Part shown: piece by piece, positions 23,201 through 35,030 of the stretch
How positions within the stretch are numbered: position 1 is the stretch's first letter
How the letters are laid out: the number at the start of each line of letters is the position of its first letter
Assembly (NCBI GenBank): GCA_964252035.1
Contig: OZ176201.1
Source: Podarcis erhardii
Taxonomy: Eukaryota
Strand: one strand, 5' to 3'
Length of the DNA stretch: 64,000 bases
Notes under the pieces: model-generated
Databases searched by the model: none
Told to the model about the DNA's origin: nothing
Seen by the model: the letters and a program-made list of their open reading frames with translations, nothing else
Translations under genes and position numbers: made by a program

Positions 23201-24819
23201 GCTGGGAATTCTGAACCATCTTTCATTCCAGACACCTCATTCAAGTGCGGTGGAGCAGAGCAAAACATAAAAACTAGCCCAGGAGCTCTGTGGAATAAGC
23301 CCATTCCCTGCCCGCTTTTAATCTACCAGGGGAGCCTAACTGGTCCAGCAGTGAGCCCTCACGTTACTTTGATTTAGAAATAGGATTAATATTATTAATT
23401 GCTCACCCTTTACTCTAATGTCCCAATTAAAACACAATGTTTAAAAACAATTCAAAACAACTTAGAATCACAAAAATAAGGTAGGCCCTAAGAATATACA
23501 TTTCAAGAAACCCAGAAAATGGGGAAGCGCCATGGGTAAGTAGCAGAGTCATCGCTTTCCCTGTTTGATTCCCCTTATCTCCATTTAAAAGGATCTCAAG
23601 TAGATGTGCTAGAAAAAACTCTGAATCTTTGGAGAGTTCCTGCCAGTAACAGTAAACAATTCTGGTCTAGATGGACCAATGATCTAACTTGTCGGGAGCT
23701 TCATGTTTTCATCCTTACAGGGACAGCAAATGGAAAAGTGTGCCCCGGCAGGCTGCCCTGGAGCTCTGCCAAGAAGATGGGCTCTGAGCTTCTAAGAGAG
23801 GAGTGGGATTTCACGTACTATTATGGGGCTACATGGTGCTCCTGAAAGATGTTGTTTTGAAAGCAGAAAGGTTGGATTTGCCCTTGTTAGATACATGATG
23901 GAAGCATTTTGGGTCTCAAACTGTGATTTGTTAATTAGGTCACACAGACACCTAGATTTGCAGAACAGTCAGGCAATCCATCTTGGAGGCACCTATTTCC
24001 ACATCGCCCCCGAGTCTTCTTTTAAAAATGTGAATTTCCTGTAAATGTACAAACCGGCAAAGAGACATTGCAATTCTTGATGAAAACAAAACCAAAAGAG
24101 AGCAGCCAACACACAGATTTTTGTGTGGTGCAAATCCACAGTCGACAGACAGACAATGACTGGCTGGATGCAGCACTGAAACCACTATTTTATTCTATTA
24201 TTATTTTTAAAGTATTGACACGAGTTCCCTGCCATGGGAAATCCGTAATCTAAACAGAAAGTGCAGAATGAACCGTCAGGCTGTTGGGAAGGCCTCCTTC
24301 TTGGGAGCTTTTTCTTTTTTGATGTCTTCATTACAAACCGATGGGTGACACCTTATTAACAGATGTAGGATGGCAATTAGGAGCCCTGGGATAAGATCTG
24401 AAAAACAGGAGCTTGCCCAACACGATGAGGCTTGCATGTGCGAAATAAAGAGCTGTGATGATACATGCTCTAAATTGGTCACTCACAACTCGCGCAGAGT
24501 TACCTTCAAAGGATAACTAACACAGTGTGCTAAGGCACTGGCATCCAGGCCTCCACAATGATAGACGGACAGCTAGATAATTGCAGAAGCGGAATTTTAG
24601 CCTGTCCTCCTCTCTCATCAGCTTGGGAGAGAAGACCAAATTCTGAGCCAGCACGCAGCATTCAAGCACATGGGTGAAAGACATACAGTCATCTGGCACC
24701 AGCAATAGAACTGTCTCCTTGAACTCTACTCTGGTTTGGTTAAGAGTCTTAAGAACAGTTAGATGATTGCCATACATCCTAGACAACTGGTCTAAGAGAC
24801 ACGAGTCCGGGGGCTCAGA

Positions 24820-25060
24820 TGGTATTGAGTGTCTTGATATTTAGGCAGCTGTTGAAGACATTTTTTTTAATTTAAGAAGACTTTCCCTGAAGGGTGACCC
24901 AGTCATTTTATGGAAGATGAAGTGTACAAATGTGTAAATTGATTGGTTGCTTTTAATTTATCAAATTTATAAACCTTTGTATTTTGTCTTATTTTACACC
25001 GCTTCAGTATCTTTTGGTTGTGAAACAAGTTATACAGCTGCAAATAAAATAAAACCATAA
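24820..25060 (+). mobile_element. Probable L2 LINE 3' end
   Basis: GAAGACATTTTTTTAA...AT-rich 3' UTR...CACCGCTTCAGTATCTTTTGG...AAACAAGTTATACA...AATAAAATAAA, resembling an L2 terminus. Confidence 0.4.
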
Positions 25061-25101
25061 TGCATCTGTTGCTGGGCTGTATTGTTGATGGGGTTCAAGT
25101 A

Positions 25102-25307
25102 NNNNNNNNNNNNNNNNNNNNNNNNNNNNNNNNNNNNNNNNNNNNNNNNNNNNNNNNNNNNNNNNNNNNNNNNNNNNNNNNNNNNNNNNNNNNNNNNNNN
25201 NNNNNNNNNNNNNNNNNNNNNNNNNNNNNNNNNNNNNNNNNNNNNNNNNNNNNNNNNNNNNNNNNNNNNNNNNNNNNNNNNNNNNNNNNNNNNNNNNNNN
25301 NNNNNNN
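25102..25307. other. Assembly gap (206 N)
   Basis: Run of N. Confidence 1.
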
Positions 25308-26449
25308 AACAGGATAGGAAGAGTCTATCCTACTTTTTGCTCTGCTCTCTTGCAGGCTTGCTTTGTTTCTGTAGGAAAGCAATGGGTTGCTCCAAGGAGA
25401 TCATTCCATCTCCAACAGAATTTTTGCTTGCCAGATTGAACAGGCGGGCTAGAAGTACCACAGTGCTAGCGAGACTTTTTGCACTGGCTTCTACTAGTGC
25501 AACAACTTTGTTGAGTCCACTCTATTATCCTCTGGCCCTTTCAGAACATGCATCTCAGGAACGCATGCACTGGGTAAATGGAAACGAGAAACTGAGAAGT
25601 TTTATTATCATTATTTATTTAATTTGATGTGCCACACGGAGAGCATCTCTAGGTGGCATACAGTAAAGTTTTAAAACATACAGAATGGTTAAAAGCAGTC
25701 ATCAACACGGAATGAATCAATACACAAAACATAAAACAAACTCACTAAAAACTTATCAGCATTTGCTTTCTTTTCAGAATTAAGTTTGTGCTGGCGCATT
25801 TGACTGTATGGCCTGGGATCCTGGGACAAACTGCGTCCTTCCCTCCTGCTTTAAAGCAGACCTTATTCAGCCAGACGGCTGGTGCTGCCAAGAGGTCCAG
25901 AGGCTCAATGGAGTCAGACTGAAGAAGCTAAACCATTGCAGCCTTCTCTGAACAACACCCCTGAGCCACGTGCTGAGATGACAGACCCCAAGTGGGATGT
26001 TTGCAGTTTCCTTCTCTATAAACTTCAACGTGAGGCACAGCCTGAGTTGGCAAGTCTGCTGAGGGGGGAAACAGAAGGTTCCGCCAACTGGTAGCAAAAG
26101 TGCCATTTCAGAAAACCTGCAAGCAGTGCCTGCCGAAATCTAAAGGAGCCAGAGGAGTAGTGCTTGCTGAATGGGTTGTTTTTCTACCGTAGTAGTAACT
26201 AGCTTTCTCTTTTGATGGGCTTCTATGTGTTTTCCCTTCCTGGCTTGCATTGGATGGGGCGGGAAGACTAAAGTGACATAAGCCCCACATCTCATTTCTC
26301 ACAGATCTACTAGGGCAAAGTGTATCAGTAAAATGGTCCTGGTGACTATCCAAGGAGAAACCCAGGCACATTTCTATGAACGCCAATGAACTGACATCTA
26401 TGGTTAAAAGAAAGCTGAAACAGCAGGCTTTGGGAAATAACCCTGAAGG

Positions 26450-26530
26450 AGAAGCATTGCTAGACAGTGTTGACAGGACTAGACTGGATGGGCCACTGGC
26501 CTGACTCCATATGCTGCGGTTTCTTATAGG
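26450..26530 (+). mobile_element. SINE family A 3' fragment
   Basis: ACTAGACTGGATGGGCCACTGGCCTGACTCCATATG...GGTTTCTTAT matches the family tail. Confidence 0.55.
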
Positions 26531-26637
26531 AACTTCTTTCTCACTCTCACACTGCTGTGTTGGAGATGGAGGAGAGAATTTTTATCAGGATTGCAGCTGG
26601 GATGTGCAGCTGGGGTTAAATGTCCCCAGCGAGTGCA

Positions 26638-26806
26638 GCCCAGTACATGGGATCTGCCCTGCATGCAGAAGGCTCAGGTCCAACCTCTGGTGTCTTCAGG
26701 GGCAGGTGGTAAAAACTGCCTAGAGAGCCACTCCAGTCAGGACAGACACGACTGGACAAGATGAGCCAATGGTCGGACTCAGCATAAGGCAGTTTTCTAT
26801 GTTCCT
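26638..26806 (+). mobile_element. SINE family A, degenerate full length
   Basis: GCATGCAGAAGG head and GAGCCAATGGTCGGACTCAGCATAAGGCAGTTTTCTATGTTCCT tail. Confidence 0.75.
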
Positions 26807-26869
26807 ACCTGTGTGATAGGATCCCAATGAAAACCTGCACCCCCTCATCTGTGCCCAAACACAACCATG

Positions 26870-27006
26870 TCTATAGTGGTTCAGTCGGTGGAGCATGAGA
26901 CTCTTAATCTCAGGGTCATGGGTTCAAGCCCCACGTTTGGTAAAAAAATAATCTGCATTGCCTTGTGGTCCCTTCCAGTTCTATAATTCTGTGATTCTGT
27001 TATTCT
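26870..27006 (+). mobile_element. tRNA-Lys(CTT)-headed SINE with CR1-type (ATTCTRTG)n tail
   Basis: TCAGTCGGTGGAGCATGAGACTCTTAATCTCAGGGTCATGGGTTCAAGCCCCACGTT differs from vertebrate tRNA-Lys-CTT at about 3 of 57 nt; acceptor stem broken; followed by GTGGTCCCTTCCAGTTCTATAATTCTGTGATTCTGT. Confidence 0.85.
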
Positions 27007-28924
27007 AACTATGCTATTAAAGGAACATTCCTTTTGGTCCTGAGAAGCCAATGGGCTAGGAGCTCTATTAGCTGAGGATGAAGCTTCACTGCCCTTTTTC
27101 AACATTGCCACAATTGATGACAAGCAAAACTTCGGTGGGGAGAGGAGCAAATTGTCCAGGAAACTTACAATTGCAGATTAACTTCGTAAAAATATGAGGC
27201 ATTATGAAATTATTTTTTTGCACAATGTATCCAAGTCAGATAGTTTTTCTTGATGCAGTATGAACTTAGGAGTTAGAGCTAACTGGGTTGCTGTTGTTTT
27301 TAGCACAGAGCTGAATACATTAAAATGGGTACAAATTACACTTGCAAAAAATTCTTATTTTTCATATAAACACACACACTTAAGTATGAAGAATGATTCC
27401 CATCGGTATAAATTGGGTTTGCTTTTCCAGCATCGCAGACAAACCGCACTAAATGGTACTGAATGCATACCTGATGGTCCTTATCACAGGATAGGTGGAT
27501 CGCCAGAAACACAAAGTGCAAGCAAGTGACCTGTGTGGATCTGAAAAAGAAGGCTGTTCTGATGGGGGTGGGGGGAGGAGTAAGCTCAGTTTGCAGTTGT
27601 GCAAAAATGGCCCTTAGTTATTAAAGCATCTTAAAAGGATGACTAACTTTCCCCCCTCCCCCCTCCCTTTTTTTTTGCAGTGCAGCAGAAAATACAGCAT
27701 AAGACATCACATGCTGGTTTGCGAAGCGGTAAGCTTCTACCTAACAGCTGCTGCAGCAACAGCTAAAAATGCCGCTGGATGGACAGGCTGCAGCAGCTTC
27801 TCAATAACCTAATCCTGTTTTAAGCCTGGAAGGCCAGATTTATGTTGTCATTTGCATAAACGCCGGCGGGACGCTTTGCAAGGGCCTTGTCATTCAAGCG
27901 CCTTCTTCCCCTGCTCTCCGTTTGCGAAGGTGGAGTCACGATGGTTCCACTTGGGAGTCTAAGGGGGCAATGGCCCCAGAAGGAGCATCTGCAACAAAAC
28001 GACCAGCTAGGCTCCTCACAAAAGAAGCTGTGGCTTCTGCCAGTGACTCATTCAGTTTGATTCAGAGCCTCCCACTCATGAGTAAGTCCCTACGCATGGC
28101 ATTAAGAGATAAATATAACTTCAGCACCAGCATCCAAATTAGCGCGTAGCATTTAGGTAGATGGGTCGCAAAGCAGCACAAGGTGAGATAATTTACAAAC
28201 AGGCTTCGGCGAGGAAGATAGCAGCGTTTCTAATGCAGGGAAGAACTTCAGATATTGGCGAAAGAAGGCAACTGGACAGGCAAATAAAAGTGTTGACAAA
28301 TCTTTCGAAAGATAGGGGGAAATTGTTTGGTTCCCTGATTCTGCCTCTCCTCCCACCCACCCTTTAAAAATGAAAGAAAATCCTCATGCAAGGAGATTTT
28401 GTGAGAGCCGTCTGGACTTATCACGGAAATCCGTAATTACATACTGCAGGCAATGTGGATTATGGACAAGCTGGGAGGAGAGAGAGATTTTTTATTACCA
28501 TGAACTGTTGACCTCTTAGACGGGACATTCTCTTTGGAGACTGCATCAGCACAATTAGGGATATTTCAACCACTTCAGGGACACATTATTTACATCCAGT
28601 GGAGATAACCAGTAGGATTATAGGGTGCCCAGACGTGTAGCCAAGAGTTCCCTTTTGAACCAGAATGGCTTGTTAGAGCTAACATTATTACAAAAGAGAA
28701 AACAAAAACTGGAACTCATTTAATGTTATTGCCCAGCTATACAAAAGTGGAAGGAAGCTGGTGAAAAGGAAGTTAATGAGCAGACTGCACCTGAAATTGT
28801 GAATGGACCCTTTTATTGTGTCTGCCATATTCAAAAGACCATAGTCAATAGATGAAGCATAAGTCAACAATCCAAGTTATATATTATATAACGTGGCAGA
28901 GTGGAGCAGCTCCTGTCCAAGGTA

Positions 28925-29070
28925 ATAGTCACCTACCCTTTTAGGATACTCCATCCCAGGAGAAGCCAATGTGGAGCCATTGCAATGCTACTGAACTACA
29001 ACTCCCATCAGCCTGATCACTGTCCATACTGGCTGGGGCTGGTGGAATCCAACAGTATCTGGAGGGCACC
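28925..29070. mobile_element. Small hairpin MITE (hAT-derived), degenerate
   Basis: GAACTACAACTCCCATCAGCC...GGCTGGGGCTGGTGG...CAACAGTATCTGGAGGGCACCAC. Confidence 0.65.
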
Positions 29071-29920
29071 ACACTCAGCTCCATTCTATACCCCTCCCTG
29101 TTTTCTATGCCCCACCCAACAAGCACTTTATATTCTGTGCCAATGACTATGCTCAGTCCTCATTGGCTTATTCTTTTTCTACTTCTTGGAACCTTGGGGT
29201 TTCCCCTAACATGCAGATACCTCTCTCAGTGTTCCCCTTTAATTTACAATTTTCTTGGCACTGAACCAGATTATGTGCAACTAGGCAAGGTCCAAGGAAA
29301 GGTAGAAGCAAGAAAGCCCAGGCCAGAGACCACATAACTACCCGCACCTGGAGGGACCTGGGCAGCCCCACCTTTCCAGGGGCTACTTACTACTTCTTCT
29401 TTAAAAAAACAAACAAACCCACAACAACCCCCACTCGTGTCAGTGAAGTTAACTCTTTATCAAAAGAAACCAGCAGCTCTTCCTTGTAGGTTTTGCTCCC
29501 ATGAGGCAGTTATGAGGACTGAAGGTCCCTGCCTTCCCACAAACACTTAAGTCCCCTCCTCTCCAGGGTTTTTCCCCAAGCAGAGACTGTGTCTGCTTGC
29601 AATAAGTCTCTCCACTGCTCTTTTCATTCCTCTACGTGTTCTGGGAGACAGGGGGTGGGGGGAGAGAAGAGCTGCTTGCAGCAGGAGGGGGAGACTCCTT
29701 GGCTTCTTCAGCAGCCTGCCTCGCTGTCTCCTGGACCCATTCCTCTCCAGCCTCTGACTCAGCTCCTCTTAGTCTGACCCCTCGTCTCCCTCTGATCAAC
29801 ATCCCACCACTGCCAGCAGCTCCTGAAGCCAGCCTAAGAATATTTTGTAGCTTTTTGTGTTAATATTGTAAACTGTAAACCACCTTGGGTCCCCTTGGCA
29901 AAAAGGCAGCATATATATAT

Positions 29921-29979
<59 letters not shown>
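29921..29979. repeat. (AAAG)14-15 microsatellite at the tail of an L2/SINE 3' end
   Basis: Direct reading; preceded by GTAAACCACCTTGGGTCCCCTTGG...AAGGCAGCATATA, an L2-type terminus. Confidence 0.95.
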
Positions 29980-31172
29980 TGTTCTGAGATCCAACTTCCA
30001 TTAAGCAGTAAGAGCTCTGCAGAGGAAGAACATAAAAAGTAGTGAGTTTTTCTCCCCTGGATTGGAGCAAAGTTCCATCTATTCCTGCATCATCTTCAAC
30101 AGTAGCCAACTAAATACCTCTGGAACATCACAAACAGGGTATAATGGTTAGACCCATCCCATGTTGATTGGGTCCAAGTACTGGTACTCAAGTATCCTTC
30201 CTTACAACATGGAATTTCCATTTAACTATCTGTACTATTAATTTGCCCTAAATATCCAACCAAATGAGTGGCAATTGCCACATTTTGTAAGTTAATATAC
30301 AGAACCATGTCCTTATTTGGGTATTGATCAAGCTAGCAGTCAGTTATATGGCCTGACCCTGATCTGGTACTGTGTGAGAAAACAAGATTTCCTTCTTCAA
30401 ACCCTTTCCTCCAAAATTGTGTTCTTTTTAATTTTATATGTGCAGTATGCTGAATGTGTGTGTTTGTGTGTGTGTGTTACGTTTTTGTGAGGTACTGAGG
30501 TGAGAGATCACCCCACCTGCATTCTGAAGTGGCATGGTCCGCGGCAGGCTGTATCACATGCTTTTGGCTGAATAGGTAACATTTGTCGCAGCAGAGTAAT
30601 TAACATGATCATTCCCAGTCAAACATTAACTCTCACTGCAGCACAGGACTCAAGAGCCTCTACTTACAACACAGTAAAGAGGACTGAAGGAATCTGGCTT
30701 GCTCTGGTTTTGGTGCTTTAAGGCAGTCCAAGCTGAAGAGCTAATAGGCTTTTATGTATGTTTGCACCTATGTCCTAAGAGCCTTAACGAGGAAAGGAGC
30801 TGGTTGCTGGGAAGTAGCATCGCTGTGCTATCTATATAGGCATCGGCCTTCCTCCTTGATAAGCTTTTCCACCTCTGAGAACAAACCTCTTTGCATAAAA
30901 GCTACCTGATATCAAGAGAAAGGCCACACTCTTAAGATGCAGTTCAGGGAGGTGGGGGTTTGAAGGGAGGGCAAATCCTTCCATTATTTTTTGTTTGGTT
31001 TCCTGCATTCTTGGTAGCAGCCCGCCAGGATTGGTAATCTGCATTCCAGGCTATAGCTACTTTTCACTACCTTCAGGCCCAAAATCCAATGGAGTCTGCT
31101 GGGGTTCCAGGGAAAGATAGGGACTTCTTGCTTTCTGAGCACTGGCTTTATTTTACCCGGGTCATTTGCACG

Positions 31173-31195
31173 CACACACACACACACACACACAC
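31173..31195. repeat. (CA)11 microsatellite
   Basis: Direct reading. Confidence 0.95.
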
Positions 31196-31451
31196 GGAAG
31201 GAGTGTCAATGGTGCCCCTCTGTAGGCTTCACCTGAGGCGAAAAACCTGGCTAGTCCCCCTTGTAGCTACGGCTCTGGAGTATGTTTCCCTTTCTTCTGC
31301 AGTTCTTCCCAGGTAACCATCCTTACTTGGCCTAGGTTGATGGAAATCAGAAAAATAAAAAGTGGAAGCTTTCCTTTTGCACTGAGGCTGGATCTCACCA
31401 GCAAATGGGATGCAAGCCCCATGAAGGGATTGTATAAACAAACACAGTGAG

Positions 31452-31505
<54 letters not shown>
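31452..31505. repeat. (GAAA)13 microsatellite
   Basis: Direct reading. Confidence 0.95.
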
Positions 31506-32147
31506 GCAGGCAGGCATCTGGCAGTCAGCATGAAGGCCAGTGCTGCCAGGAGATATGCCAACCCCTGCGATGGCATTTGACAAAATGTCATTTTAAATGG
31601 GTAAGTGTAGTGCTGACTCGTGTCTTTTGTCAGGCTGCTCCTCTTGACATGTGATATTTATAGCTGAGGCCTCGGAAGAGATGACTGGTACTCCCAGGGA
31701 GTTACGAACGGGGAGGCGGACCAGCTTGCACTGGCAAACATAAATATTTGACATGGTGGAAGGAGAGAAGAGGAACGATGTCCTGCTGAGCTAAGGAAAG
31801 GCAAGGGTTCTCAGGGTGCCAAGCTGAGCCCCCCTGCATGGGACCTCCCCACTGTTTGTTTGTCCTTGCAGAATGCGGACGTTCCACCTAGAGTCTGTGC
31901 CAAGAAGCCCTCCATAAAGGGGGGGGGGTTAAGGAATTTAAAAAACAGGTAGGTTGTTGCAGTCAGAGCTCTCATTAAGTCCTCCACTGAGCTTAGCTTT
32001 TGGCCACAGAAATGATCAATAACAAAGCTAGTACTCAGGAAGTACAGTGGGGGCAAAAGTGATGTGACCTCTCCCCCAACCTTTCTACAGACAAGGCTTC
32101 TGTCTCCTTTCCCCATATTGTAACATATTACTACTGGTAATAATCTT

Positions 32148-32290
32148 ATACATAGTGCATTTAATTTTCAAAGAGCTTACAATCTTTTATTCACTTGACC
32201 TCATAACAATCCTATGCAGTAGATCACAATGTGTCCCATTTCACAGATAGGAAACTGATGCGACAGCTGACCCATGGCCATGCAGTGGTA
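32148..32290 (-). mobile_element. MIR (CORE-SINE) remnant
   Basis: CCTCATAACAATCCTATG and CCCATTTCACAGATAGGAAACTGA are reverse complements of the MIR core (TCAGTTTCCTCATCTGTAAAATGGG; AGGGTTGTTGTGAGG). Confidence 0.75.
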
Positions 32291-32299
32291 TAAAACCAT

Positions 32300-32430
32300 G
32301 TCCCATCAGTGCAATTGGACTTTCCCCCCTCTCCTCCACTTGCACTCACCATACACCTTCCACAAATCTGCTCCGGAACAGATTCAGGAAGTTCATGGAG
32401 GGTAGGAGAACGTTCTGTTGCTCAAGCAGA
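32300..32430. mobile_element. Old palindromic element family Q
   Basis: TTTCCCCCTCTCCTCC...AAATCTGCTCC...GAACAGATT...GGAGGGTAGGAGAA. Confidence 0.5.
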
Positions 32431-32869
32431 TGTTCCTGGGCTTACAAAATGTTCACGGAGTGCTGCGTTGCATGCAACCCTATACCTGCCTATACATCTA
32501 TCACAAAGCCATTAGAATTGAGAGGCAATTAAGATAATTGCATAACTATTGAGTCACTGCTTATCATGATTCATTCTAGAAGCAGACCATCACTATGTTT
32601 GGCCTTTCATAAAATGGAACATAATCATAGTGTTTTGTGCTTTTAAAAATGCCTCTCTCTAAGAAGACCAACCAAGGTAGCCAGCAATTATATCCAGAGT
32701 GTGGGAATAAGCCTTGACTTAATGATGGGAAGCTTAGACACTGTGTCCCATGGTAGGGCCTTCCTGGGATTACAACGTGCAAGCGGGATTTGTGTGAATG
32801 GGAGCCAGACTAGACCGCTGGTTCAGCCCTGACAAATGTATGTGGTGCTCTTGAATTCTTCCAGGTAAA

Positions 32870-33045
32870 AATCCCCACTCACCCAAGAAGGTCGCTGGAT
32901 GACTTTGGGCCAATCAACCATCTCTCAGCCTAACCTATCACACAAGGTTGTGGTGAGGATAAAATGGAGAGAAGGGAGAACAATGTAAGCCACTTTGAGC
33001 TCCTTGGAGGAAATGCAATGTATAAATGTAATAATAATATAAATG
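32870..33045 (+). mobile_element. CORE-type squamate SINE with L2-like tail
   Basis: GATGACTTTGGGCCAATCA...CTCTCAGCCTAACCTA...GGTTGTGGTGAGGATAAAATGGAG...GTAAGCCACTTTGAGCTCC...ATAAAT. Confidence 0.75.
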
Positions 33046-34301
33046 GGGTACAAGAAATAAGAAAAGCTAAAAGAATTAGCTGGGCACTTTAAGGACTTGC
33101 CAAGGCATGTTTAAGGCAGCAGGGGGTGGGGGGAGCTCCCGTATGTCACACATTTCCCATACATTACCTGGAAAGAAAAAGGAATGGCATTAGATATGGC
33201 TGCTGCTAGTGATGTGCAGAGTAAACAGAATTAAGCAAGAGTGTTATAGACAAGCATGTGGAGGATTAGGAAGGAAGCATATTTTGTCAAAGATTAATTA
33301 TCTGCAGCCCCCGCACTGGCCAAGGCTTCTTAGCATTTTTCACAGCCATATTGTTCACATATCCAAACTATCTGTTGTTAAATCCAATGCTGACATGAGA
33401 GCATTGCATGCAGAAACTACTCCCAATAAAATTCTGTGGTCCCTTCTGACTTCTTTGCTATAAGGCCAGAGACGTATGAAAAATAATGTAGCCGAATAAG
33501 TCAGCATTGTTCATCTTAAATGACTGAACATACCTAACCCATCAAAGATAATTTTGCATAAAATGCAGCCTAAGAAGGAGTGAAGCACACCATCCATCTA
33601 ATAATTCCATTACAGTTTTAGGGAAACTGCTAAAGAAACCTTTTCTCAAGACAGCAGGAGAAAGGTGAGGAGAAGACAACCAAGACCAGGCTAACACAGT
33701 TTTGTCACTGTGGAAATATATATTTGGGTCCAGGATTAAACAAGTATGCGGTAATAATTACAACACTATTTGAAGTTTTGCGGGAGGTGTTTTTACATGT
33801 GATTGTTGGTACTTGCTGCTGAAACTCTGGACAGGGAAGAAGACAAATGGAACAAACTAAACAAAAACTTGATCGACACCAGTCAAGTTCACAAAAAATT
33901 ACTAGCCTGAAAAATATTTACTAGCTTGCTGGGGGCTGGCAGAGGAGGGAAGGAAAGTGCTGTCTTTCTCACAGCACCTTGTGGCATTTGCATCCCGGGT
34001 GCAGAAGATAGGGCTTCCCTTCTCAGGCAGCCCACTTGGGTTCTTCAACAGGCATAGGGGAAGATCCTGTCAATCGTTGACCAGCCTGTTCACTTGCCTG
34101 TGCACAATTCCTTGACACCTATGGTTACCAAGTGAGTGCTTAAATGCAAGGATAACTGAAAACTTACACAGGCCAAACCTGAAAAAGGTTCTGGGGTAGT
34201 AGATACAGGGTTTCAAATACCTGTGCTGCTAACTGACCTTCTCCAATTATCTTGTCACCAATTATTCCCTGCAAACAATCCTGGGCCTTTTATGGAAACA
34301 T

Positions 34302-34504
34302 TTACAGACGCTTCAGGTTACAGACTCCGCTAACCCAGAAATAATACCTCGGGTTAAGAACTTTGCTTCAGGATGAGAACAGAAATCGTGTGGTGGCGGG
34401 GGCGGGAGGCCCCATTAGCTAAAGTGGTACCTCAGGTTAAGAACAGTTTCAGGTTAAGAACAGACCTCCAGAACGAATTAAGTTCTTAACCTGAGGTACC
34501 ACTG
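34302..34504. mobile_element. Tc1/pogo(Tigger)-type MITE, one end truncated
   Basis: Ends TTCTTAACCTGAGGTACCACTG|ta; internal repeats of (C/T)(A/G)GGTTAAGAAC and GGTACCTC(A/G)GGTT. Confidence 0.85.
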
Positions 34505-34524
34505 TAATGCACATTGCTCTAGTG

Positions 34525-34656
34525 CAGGGTTTCACAAATTTTGGTCTCTAGCTGCTTTTGGAATATAATTCACATCATCCCACTGGTCCTGCTAGCTACG
34601 GATGATGGGAGTTGTAGTCCAAAAACAGCAAGAGACCCAAGTTTGGGAAACCCCAT
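34525..34656. mobile_element. Small hairpin MITE (hAT-derived)
   Basis: CAGGGTTTCACAAATTTTGGTCTCT ... AGAGACCCAAGTTTGGGAAACCCC terminal inverted arms; internal CATCATCC/GGATGATG. Confidence 0.85.
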
Positions 34657-34906
34657 AATAGTGTATGCACAGTACATATTTTTTTAATAAACATTTTACT
34701 GGGGGTATAGATTGCAGCATTTGTGCTTTATTGGTGCAAAATTTGGAGTTCAATGACACAGAAGCTGGATCGTGCTCCTGGCTTAAATGCAATCATGTTT
34801 CTGGCCATGAGAGTCATCCATCCAACAACATGGACAACTGCAGAGTCTAAGAAGATGCTACAAGCATTATAGTCAGTGAGGCTTCACAATGTTGAGTTCG
34901 GTCCAA

Positions 34907-35030
34907 ATCAGGGGTGGAGAACTAGGCACTGTTGAACTAGGACTTCCAGCATCCCTGACCACTGGCCATGCTGGCTGGGACCGAGTTGGAGCCCAACAAC
35001 ACCTGGAGGTTCACAGACTCCCCACTCTCA
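34907..35030. mobile_element. Small hairpin MITE (hAT-derived), degenerate
   Basis: CAGGGGTGGAGAAC...CATCCCTGACCACTGGCCATGCTGGCTGGG...CAACAACACCTGGAGG...CCCCACTCT. Confidence 0.65.

Noticed and set aside
25867-26106. Overlapping ORFs on both strands with protein-like composition
   Set aside because: No homology recognised and no convincing splice sites linking them to PPARGC1B.
26870-26943. Functional tRNA-Lys(CTT) gene
   Set aside because: Acceptor stem cannot pair and the sequence continues into a LINE-derived SINE tail.
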